A DNA stretch of 25,897 nucleotides from a virus (IMGVR_UViG_3300020042_001042:1-25897), one strand, 5' to 3'; positions 1 through 6,940 are shown, counted from the stretch's first letter. The notes: generated by a model from the letters alone, not told the origin. Program-made: numbers and translations.

Positions 1-36
1 GTTTACCCTAAACACTTTCATTTGGTGCAGCCATGA
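1..36 (+). CDS. 3' end (partial) of a probable thymidylate synthase-superfamily pyrimidine (dUMP/dCMP) hydroxymethylase
   Basis: Frame 1 reads VYPKHFHLVQP*. This resembles the C-terminal H-V-Y-x-x-H-F-x-L-V motif of TS-superfamily enzymes such as T4 gp42. TGA at 34-36 overlaps the next ATG (ATGA coupling). Only 11 residues are visible; the modification-gene context supports the call. Confidence 0.55.
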   Translation, partial: VYPKHFHLVQP

Positions 37-995
37 TCTTTAATCCTTTTGCTTCAATACCAGTTAGTCCTAAGTCTCATGTTCGTGGCTGGGCCATGCA
101 TTGGGCAGAGTGCATGAACACAACCATTGCAGCTAAAGACACTGACCTAAGTTTATGCAGCGACCTTTACTGGGAGCATGGCGTAAACTTTGGAGGAGGT
201 CTTAATCTCTTTGGCGGTGTGACTGATGAGATCGTTGACAAGATCGAGCAACTGGTCAACTTTAATGGAGACTTGTATAGCTTAGACTTGCCAATGCCTA
301 ACTACGCTGAGCAGCTGACCAAACGCATAGGTCAATCAACCTGTTCAACTCGGCTTACTGAAAGCCTTCTTGATGCGTTTAAGAAGAAACTTGGCACCAG
401 TCAAACACTTTTACAGAGTCAGTTAGGTTTTACAAAGGTAGCCATAGGCGATAGTCATGCAACTGCTTTTGCTGCATCTAGGAGCATGGTGCTGCGTACA
501 AATGGCCTGACACTCCATGGAGCTTTAACTAAAGGCGAGTTTGTGAAACAGATACTTGCTTGCAAGAAAATGCCAGCTAAAGTGACCTTGGTTGCAGGCT
601 CGATTGACATACGGCACCACATTGGCAGGCAGCCTGATTACACTAAAGCAATAGAAAACTTGTGCGAACGGTACTGTGAGGTGATTGAGTTTATCAAAGA
701 CGAATTGGAAATAGCCGTAGAAGTTGCAGCGCCTGTACCGATTGAGTATGAGGCGCGTAGGCTGCCACAGACTGGTTACTACAAAGACAAACCTTTCTGC
801 GGTTCAATGGCTTTTAGGCGAGACTGGACAGACTATTTCATAGACCTTATGTCTTGTGAAAACAAAGTAATCGGTCCTCCTGCAGAATGGTACTCTATGG
901 ACGGCGAAGAGTACGCCAAGAAATACATGGAGCTGAGTTCATCTGTTCACATTGCGCCAATCAATTATCGCCGTTTTAACTGGGGCAAAGCATGA
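33..995 (+). CDS. Two-domain protein with C-terminal SGNH/GDSL hydrolase/acyltransferase-like domain
   Basis: AIGDSHA (block I GDS), GSIDIRHH (block III GxND-like) and SSVH near the C-terminus (block V His). The N-terminal part has a Gly-rich GVNFGGGLNLFGG motif. ATGA-coupled to both neighbours. Confidence 0.6.
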   Translation: MIFNPFASIPVSPKSHVRGWAMHWAECMNTTIAAKDTDLSLCSDLYWEHGVNFGGGLNLFGGVTDEIVDKIEQLVNFNGDLYSLDLPMPNYAEQLTKRIGQSTCSTRLTESLLDAFKKKLGTSQTLLQSQLGFTKVAIGDSHATAFAASRSMVLRTNGLTLHGALTKGEFVKQILACKKMPAKVTLVAGSIDIRHHIGRQPDYTKAIENLCERYCEVIEFIKDELEIAVEVAAPVPIEYEARRLPQTGYYKDKPFCGSMAFRRDWTDYFIDLMSCENKVIGPPAEWYSMDGEEYAKKYMELSSSVHIAPINYRRFNWGKA

Positions 996-1918
996 GCCTT
1001 TTTACTATTACGCAAGACAAGTCTAACAAAGACATTCCTGCAGGCATGAGCACCCTAGAAGCTCGTGCCTACTACACAGAGATGAGCAATGGCTTTGTGT
1101 CTAAGCTCTCAAAGCCAGTAGTTCAAACACATGGCGATAGGTGGATTTTTAGAGGCGATGCTAGCCAGTCAAGTTTAAAAGGCTACGGCGCAGAGCAGCT
1201 AGTTGCAGAATGCAAAGAAGATGTTCTTGTTTATTGTGCACCTCGAGTAGGCATGGCCATGGATGCAATTGCAACGCTGGCCAAGATGTATGACAAAAGG
1301 TGCGTGTTCTTTTGCCCAGCATCTGGAGAGCCTTCTAAGCATCAAAAAGCATTGCTAGCTTACGGCGCTGACCTGCGGTTCATAAAAATTGCAGCAATGC
1401 CTACGTTAAACAGCTACGCACGCAAATGGGCTGAGCAGCATGGAGCAAAGTACTTGCCATTTGGTTTGGCAAAAACACCATTGGTCACTGCAGGCATTGT
1501 CAGCCTTGGCACTAAGATTGCAGAACTAATTAATGAAGAACCTACTGAGATTTGGATGTCGGTCTCGACAGGCACAGCAATCAGAGCTCTGCAGATTGCG
1601 TGGCCAGAAGCTTTATGCAGAGGCATGGTAGTTGCTAGGAACATGCAAGATGGCGAGATAGGCCACGCTAAGCTTTGGTCTGCATCACAGCCATTCTTAA
1701 AAGACGTGCCGTTAAGCAAGCGTCCACCTTTTCCATCAACGCCAAACTACGATGCCAAGTGTTGGGAAGACTTTGAAAACTTTGCAGCAAAAGGTTCTAT
1801 CTTTATCAATGTAGGCACAGATGATAAGGTCAACAAGTTTTACGACCTAGTAAAAAACATACCTTTAGATAGTCAAAGAGCTTGGCATGACATGCGTGAT
1901 CTGGAGCGTGGGCTATGA
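992..1918 (+). CDS. PLP-dependent enzyme, fold type II (PALP; cysteine synthase/ACC deaminase-like), DNA-modification associated
   Basis: R-G-D...S-L-K candidate Schiff-base lysine, YCAPRVGMA, VFFCP, phosphate loop MSVSTGTA, NYDAKCW and terminal FINVG. Sits next to an aGPT-Pplase-like gene, as in thymidine-hypermodifying phages. Confidence 0.8.
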   Translation: MSLFTITQDKSNKDIPAGMSTLEARAYYTEMSNGFVSKLSKPVVQTHGDRWIFRGDASQSSLKGYGAEQLVAECKEDVLVYCAPRVGMAMDAIATLAKMYDKRCVFFCPASGEPSKHQKALLAYGADLRFIKIAAMPTLNSYARKWAEQHGAKYLPFGLAKTPLVTAGIVSLGTKIAELINEEPTEIWMSVSTGTAIRALQIAWPEALCRGMVVARNMQDGEIGHAKLWSASQPFLKDVPLSKRPPFPSTPNYDAKCWEDFENFAAKGSIFINVGTDDKVNKFYDLVKNIPLDSQRAWHDMRDLERGL

Positions 1919-3049
1919 GAATCGAAACAACTGCTTACTACGATGAGATGGTACGCTATGCTGCCATGGCTAAAACACAGCAAATAGAATGCAACCTAGG
2001 AACTATCCCACATCTAGAAGGATCTGTCAAAGATGACTTGATGAGGCATGTTGAGCTCTATGACGTTGCCAACCGTAAGTACGCAGGCTTTACACAGATA
2101 GTTTTAGATCTTTTCTACAACACAACGTCTGATCACCCTTACGCTCACAAACTGCATGATGTACGCAAACCTATTTGCAAGTCATTTGAAGGCGTTGAGT
2201 ACGTATGGGGACTAGCTGAATGGCTGTATGTGTTTATTGTTCATCGAGTCACAGGCAGCGGCATCAACTACGCTAAAAAACCAAGTGGCTACAACAACAC
2301 AATCTTGCCAAAGTTTTGGTCATGTGACACTATTGAGCAGATGGCTCAGGTCATTGCCAGTAGAGAGTCAACAATTTACACATCAGTTGGTTACCAGTTT
2401 CCAGCATTTCCAAAGCCCTATTGACGGCTACAAACTTGGCGGTGACTACTTCTTATGCCACTACGCGCCTAAACTTGCAAGAGATCTGGCAGAGTGGCTT
2501 GAATCAAAAAGCAAGCATGACCTGCGTGACATTGGTGAATGGATGTTTGAGTGGAACAAGCAGCAAGGGCTGCGCGCATACAAATTTCAGTATGCAGCAG
2601 TTGTGAGTGACATTGCAGACTTCTTCCCACAATACGCCAATAAAAGTAGCCCATTCTTTTATGGCAGCAATGCAGTTGAGTGCTTGAAGTATGCAGCTAA
2701 GCCTTTAAGCAAAGGCAAAGAGCAAGATTTCTTAGATGAAGTCACAATGAAGTTTTGCAAAGACATTGGCTCAACAGCTTATGACGGCGAGGATATTTTC
2801 TGCGATGGTATCCGTTGGATAGAAAACTATGTCAGGCCTGGTCATGACTACGACCACCTTGATCGTGACAAGATCTGGAACAGCAGCACGATCATCGATC
2901 ATCCTTATGGCCGTCAAAAAGGAATGCTTGAGCACGGCTTGATTGAGTCGTTTAACTCATTGTCAGTCCACCCATCAGATGACCATGTGCTTAAGTTAGC
3001 AAACATGAGCAAAGGTGAATATTTGTTAAAAGTTCATGGGCTTGATTAA
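1915..3049 (+). CDS. Divergent aGPT-Pplase / amino acid:DNA transferase (HhH-glycosylase-like fold), split by a +1 frameshift at about 2416-2420
   Basis: The N-half (1915-2418) ends ...YQFPAFPKP and the +1 frame continues IDGYKLGGDYFL..., giving a joined product of about 377 aa. LYDVANRKYAGF, FQYAAVVSDI...FFYGSNAVECL and EDIFCDGIRW parallel the aGPT-Pplase1 patterns (F-x-N-V-x-R, F-x-A-Y-x-x-x-x-D...GPGA, E-x-x-L-C-E-x-x-K-Y). Confidence 0.65.
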
Positions 3050-3070
3050 AAATGTTGTACAATTAAAATT
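3048..3070 (+). promoter_or_regulatory. Putative promoter element AAAAATGTTGTACAAT (-10-like TACAAT at 3058-3063)
   Basis: Short AT-rich intergenic gap. The same motif recurs at 5272-5288. TACAAT lies 7 nt before ATG 3071 and no SD is present. Confidence 0.45.
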
Positions 3071-3499
3071 ATGACAAGACCGACACTAGATCAAACTTAC
3101 ATGGAGGTTGCGCGTGCATTTGCTAAGCGTGCAACTTGCTCAAGGCGTCAAGTAGGCTGTGTGATAACAGGCAATGGTTACATCTTGTCCTCAGGCTACA
3201 ACGGCTCTTTTCCAGGATCGCAGCATTGCATTGACGCGCCTTGTCCAGGCGCAGCATTGCCTAGCGGCACAGGCCTTGACTTATGCATGTCAGCTCACGC
3301 TGAGCAGAATGCAATTGCCAGGTTAAAAGATGTTGATGCAGCAGACACGCTTTACTGCACAACGGCTCCTTGCATTAGCTGCACTAAGCTCGTGTTGTGC
3401 ACAGGCATTAAGCGGATTGTTGCTGACAAAGACTACATTCATAGCGGCAAAGACTTGTGGCTAAGCAGCGGTCGTGCTTGGAGCAACTATGTTGAGTAG
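3071..3499 (+). CDS. dCMP (deoxycytidylate) deaminase
   Basis: Zn-binding HAEQNA and PCISC motifs, plus RATCSRRQVGCVI and GYNG; typical 142-aa length. Confidence 0.93.
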   Translation: MTRPTLDQTYMEVARAFAKRATCSRRQVGCVITGNGYILSSGYNGSFPGSQHCIDAPCPGAALPSGTGLDLCMSAHAEQNAIARLKDVDAADTLYCTTAPCISCTKLVLCTGIKRIVADKDYIHSGKDLWLSSGRAWSNYVE

Positions 3500-5279
3500 A
3501 ACAAACTCAGTGCTTGACATCGAGTGCTATACAAACTACTTTTTGATTGCGATCAAGTCTCTTGCTACAGGCAAGGTTGTGACCTTTGAGCGGTCTGACT
3601 GGGCAGACTTTGACGTTGAGCAGCTTAACAGTGTGTTGCGCAAATACACGATCATCACCTTTAATGGCAATAGGTACGACATACTCCTATTAAAAGGAGC
3701 CATTGCAGGCCTTGACAACGCTAAGTTAAAAGAGCTGTCAGACAACATCATTGTTAACAACATGCGAGCTTGGGACACAGAGTCTAAATACAACCTGCCA
3801 CAATGCAAGTACATTGACCACATTGACTTGATCGATGTTGCACCTGGCAAAGCCAGTCTAAAAATCTACGGCGGCCGCTTGCACAGTAAACGTATGCAAG
3901 ACTTGCCAATTGAGCCTAGTGCAATCATTAAGCAAGATGAGCGTGAGCTTTTGACTACGTATTGCATCAACGATCTTGACACAACAATTGACCTGTACTA
4001 CAAGCTAAGCAGCCAGGTTGATCTGCGTAAAAAGATGGGCGAAGAGCTTGGCATGGACTTACGCTCAAAGTCAGACGCTCAGATTGCAGAGTCTGTGATC
4101 AAGAAGCAGATTGAAGCAATCAAAGGAACTAAGATCTACAGGCCTGAGCTGCCTGATAGTTACTCGTTCAACTATGTTGCGCCAAAGTTCATCAAGTTCA
4201 AGCACCCTGAGTTGGTCAATGCTCTTGAAGTCTTTAAGAGTGAGGCTTTTACGCTCAATGAAAAAGGCGATGCTGCTGAGCCTGAAAAGGTAGGCAAGCT
4301 TAAAGTCAAGATCAACCAGACCGTCTATCAGTTAGGCATCGGCGGCATTCATTCTTGTGAGAAGACAGTCAACTATATTGCTGGCAATGACTACATTTTA
4401 GTTGACCGTGACGTGACTAGCTACTACCCGAACATCATTCTTAACCAGCGGCTTTACCCTAAGCACATTGGCACTGAGTTTTTGACTGCCTATAAGTCAA
4501 TCGTTGAGAAGAGAATCCATGCTAAAAGAACCGGTGACAAGGTCACTGATGCTTCTTTAAAGATTGTCATCAACTCAAGCTTTGGCAAGTTTGGCAACCG
4601 CTGGTCTGCTTTGTACAGCCCTGATTTGTTGATCCAAACCACGGTTACAGGCCAATTGGCCTTATTGATGCTGATAGAGGCTCTTGAAGATGCAGGCATA
4701 CAGGTTGTGAGTGCCAATACTGATGGCATAGTGATCTATTGCCACAAGCGCAACCAAGCGGCCTTATTTTCAATAATTGCAGCCTGGGAAGAGACAACAG
4801 GCTTTAACACAGAAGAAACAGCTTACACAGCTCTTTATTCCAGGGACATCAATAATTACGTGGCTTTTAAGCCTTCAGGCTCGTATAAAGCAAAAGGAGC
4901 TTATGCTGATGCTGAGTTGTCTAAAACACCAACGGCTCAGATTTGTGTGCAAGCCGTTGTTGACCATCTCCAGTTAGACGTGCCTATTGAGACTACCATC
5001 AGATCATGCCAAGATGCACGCATGTTTGTGTCAGTCAGGTCTGTGACAGGCGGTGCAGTCAAAGGGAACGTCTACTTAGGAAAGGCTGTACGCTGGTACT
5101 ATGCAAAAGGTGAGACCGGGTCAATCAACTATAAAAAGAATGGCAATAAAGTTGCTATGACCGATGGTGCCAAGCCTTTGATGCTGCTGCCAAACAAACC
5201 GCCTGAAGACATTGACCATCAATGGTACATTGATAAGGCTCACTCAATTTTGGCAGATCTTGGTGTTAAACAAAAATAG
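3489..5279 (+). CDS. Family B DNA polymerase with 3'-5' exonuclease domain
   Basis: ExoI DIE, ExoII FNGNRYD, ExoIII YCIND; motif A DVTSYYP, motif B KIVINSSFGKFG, motif C ANTDG. ATG 3489 follows GGAG and is preferred over GTG 3474. Confidence 0.93.
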   Translation: MLSRTNSVLDIECYTNYFLIAIKSLATGKVVTFERSDWADFDVEQLNSVLRKYTIITFNGNRYDILLLKGAIAGLDNAKLKELSDNIIVNNMRAWDTESKYNLPQCKYIDHIDLIDVAPGKASLKIYGGRLHSKRMQDLPIEPSAIIKQDERELLTTYCINDLDTTIDLYYKLSSQVDLRKKMGEELGMDLRSKSDAQIAESVIKKQIEAIKGTKIYRPELPDSYSFNYVAPKFIKFKHPELVNALEVFKSEAFTLNEKGDAAEPEKVGKLKVKINQTVYQLGIGGIHSCEKTVNYIAGNDYILVDRDVTSYYPNIILNQRLYPKHIGTEFLTAYKSIVEKRIHAKRTGDKVTDASLKIVINSSFGKFGNRWSALYSPDLLIQTTVTGQLALLMLIEALEDAGIQVVSANTDGIVIYCHKRNQAALFSIIAAWEETTGFNTEETAYTALYSRDINNYVAFKPSGSYKAKGAYADAELSKTPTAQICVQAVVDHLQLDVPIETTIRSCQDARMFVSVRSVTGGAVKGNVYLGKAVRWYYAKGETGSINYKKNGNKVAMTDGAKPLMLLPNKPPEDIDHQWYIDKAHSILADLGVKQK

Positions 5280-5288
5280 TTGTACAAT
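5260..5288 (+). promoter_or_regulatory. Putative sigma70-like promoter TTGGTG-17 nt-TACAAT
   Basis: TTGGTG 5260-5265, 17-nt spacer, TACAAT 5283-5288. Followed by an AAGGAG RBS. Shares AAAAAT(A)GTTGTACAAT with 3048-3063. Confidence 0.5.
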
Positions 5289-5308
5289 GTAATAAAGGAG
5301 AAAGAAAA

Positions 5309-5446
5309 ATGAAACACACATACTACCCACCTATTCAAAACGAGTCATTGCTTTGCCGTGCCGTGATGAGCATCATTGGAGCTGTTGTTTTAATCGGCGT
5401 AGGAGTGATCCTGCTGCTGGCGTACTTTGACGTTCTGGTAAAGTGA
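5309..5446 (+). CDS. Small (45 aa) single-pass membrane protein, absent from ORF track
   Basis: AAGGAG RBS. Translates as MKHTYYPPIQNESLLCRAVMSIIGAVVLIGVGVILLLAYFDVLVK*, with a long hydrophobic segment. Confidence 0.75.
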   Translation: MKHTYYPPIQNESLLCRAVMSIIGAVVLIGVGVILLLAYFDVLVK

Positions 5447-5454
5447 GGCCCATC

Positions 5455-5670
5455 ATGTGGAAATACTTATGGACAGAGCTAAAAACAATGTTGAAAACCG
5501 TGACGCCAGCTCAAGCAATGGCACACGAGTTGATGCATGCAGAGCATGAGCTCCTAAGAGCAGAAACAGGCGTTGAGTACGCGCAATCAATGGTGACCTA
5601 TAACAAGAATCGTGTCAAGCGGTTAAAAGCTTATTTGGATAAAACTGAAGAAGTCAAGGAGCCAGCATGA
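5455..5670 (+). CDS. Hypothetical helical protein (start could be GTG 5443)
   Basis: GAGG upstream of ATG 5455; ATGA overlap with the next gene. Confidence 0.7.
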   Translation: MWKYLWTELKTMLKTVTPAQAMAHELMHAEHELLRAETGVEYAQSMVTYNKNRVKRLKAYLDKTEEVKEPA

Positions 5671-5903
5671 AATGCGACACTGGGGGTATTTGCCCTCACA
5701 AGCCTCAGTGTGACCACATTTGCCAAGTCACCGAAACACGCAAGATCAAGCCATATCCAGCAATACCAGATGACATTGCTCCAGTGCCACAATCTTGGCA
5801 GATCGTTGGCAGTGTTTTAGTTGGCTTTGTATTTGTGGCCCTGATAGTAATAACAGCTTTGATATTTTTTACCGGGCTTTACATCTGGAGCCTTCTTATA
5901 TGA
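5667..5903 (+). CDS. Small Cys-rich protein with C-terminal transmembrane helix
   Basis: GGAG RBS and ATGA overlaps on both sides. Four Cys in the N-terminal 20 aa; hydrophobic C-terminus. Confidence 0.7.
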   Translation: MKCDTGGICPHKPQCDHICQVTETRKIKPYPAIPDDIAPVPQSWQIVGSVLVGFVFVALIVITALIFFTGLYIWSLLI

Positions 5904-6079
5904 ACTGCCCGGTGTGCAACGTGTGGACTAGCGTGCTTGACACACGAAACAAAAAGAGCGTTACAGTGCGACGCCGTAAGTGTGCCAACGAACATATTTT
6001 TGTAACAGAGGAACGGGTCATATCGCCCAATTTAAAGGAAAAAGATGAGTTACCTGATCGCATCACTCCCGCCGATTAA
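5900..6079 (+). CDS. NrdR N-terminal-like zinc-ribbon protein (59 aa)
   Basis: True start is ATG 5900 (GGAG upstream, ATGA overlap). MNCPVC...TSVLDTR...VRRRKCANEHIFVTEE matches the NrdR pattern CPxC..T.V.DSR...RRRR.C..C..RFTT.E. No ATP-cone. Confidence 0.75.
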   Translation: MNCPVCNVWTSVLDTRNKKSVTVRRRKCANEHIFVTEERVISPNLKEKDELPDRITPAD

Positions 6080-6686
6080 ATGTTTTGTCAAGAGGGAGTT
6101 TCTTTACAACTTTGAGAAAGGCCATGGCGAGTTAGAGCCTGCCATCTGGGTCAGCCTTAAAGCTCTGCGAGGCCAAGTGTTCCGCATCGAGTCATTGCTG
6201 CCTGACTACGGGGCGCTGTACGACAAGCTGCCGATACATGCCTACGTCTGGCACACAGAGGATTCAGTGTTGCCTGAGTTGCCAGTCGATGCCCTGCAAT
6301 TGTGGGACTGCATGGGCTATCGCTTTACCATCTTAGAAAAGATTGGCTTGCGCAATCTTGGCGTCAAATTTTTAGGCAAAGACAAATTGTGGCACTTTGG
6401 CCGTTACCTGTTCACAGTTGATTTTTGCGCCGATGAAATGGCGCTAGACACAGGTTTTACTGAGACAGCAGAAGAGCACAAGAGCTTTAATTGGATTGCT
6501 TTAGACAACGGCCAGTTTGCTTGCCAGCCAAACAACAGGTGCTTGTGGTACGACCAATCACTGATTCCTGCAGAGACAAAGTTCCCTGACTTCCAAGCTG
6601 CTAGGAAATTGTGGACCGTCGACGGCAGCCGTAAGTGGTCAGCAGGCGACGACTGGTTTTATGACATCAATGAAAAGAAAGACTAA
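6045..6686 (+). CDS. Hypothetical phage protein (213 aa)
   Basis: AAGGA RBS. Aromatic-rich globular sequence with motifs LYDKLP, LWDC, YLFTVD, EHK and QPNNR. Confidence 0.8.
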   Translation: MSYLIASLPPIKCFVKREFLYNFEKGHGELEPAIWVSLKALRGQVFRIESLLPDYGALYDKLPIHAYVWHTEDSVLPELPVDALQLWDCMGYRFTILEKIGLRNLGVKFLGKDKLWHFGRYLFTVDFCADEMALDTGFTETAEEHKSFNWIALDNGQFACQPNNRCLWYDQSLIPAETKFPDFQAARKLWTVDGSRKWSAGDDWFYDINEKKD

Positions 6687-6688
6687 TC

Positions 6689-6871
6689 ATGGAAATTTTT
6701 GACCCTAAATGCCCTTGGCACATTGAAGTAGGAGACTTGTTTATTGCACCTGGCAGAGTGCCTAACACCGGCACCGTTTGGATAGGCGAGATCGAAGGAG
6801 GACAAGGCGGTGAGTTTAAAGCCATAGACTTGCACGATGTGTTGCGCAAGTTCTATGATGAGAACTTTTAA
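6689..6871 (+). CDS. Hypothetical protein (60 aa)
   Basis: Starts 2 nt after the previous stop and ends just before the terminator hairpin. Confidence 0.65.
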   Translation: MEIFDPKCPWHIEVGDLFIAPGRVPNTGTVWIGEIEGGQGGEFKAIDLHDVLRKFYDENF

Positions 6872-6897
6872 AAAAGAAACCCCGCCGAAGCGGGGTT
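6868..6897 (-). terminator. Rho-independent terminator of the minus-strand structural operon
   Basis: Minus strand reads AACCCCGC-TTCG-GCGGGGTT-TCTTTTTT: an 8-bp stem, C(UUCG)G tetraloop and U-tract at the convergence of the two arms. Confidence 0.88.
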
Positions 6898-6940
6898 AAA
6901 AGTTGGCAACTGCTCTTGCGAAGGAGACAGCATGCATATT

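Noticed and set aside
992-1918. Auxiliary metabolic cysteine synthase (cysK) annotation
   Set aside because: CysK signature motifs (SVKDR, TSGNTG, GTGGT) are absent and the context points to DNA modification.
2228-2418. ATG 2228 as start of an independent 273-aa protein
   Set aside because: The first roughly 63 residues are an out-of-frame shadow of the 1915 ORF. Plausible protein sequence begins only at about 2420, so this is the C-half of a frameshifted gene.
5795-5899. N-terminal extension of the 94-aa ORF 5795-6079
   Set aside because: It overlaps the TM-coding part of 5667-5903. The RBS, ATGA coupling and the zinc-ribbon motif all point to ATG 5900.
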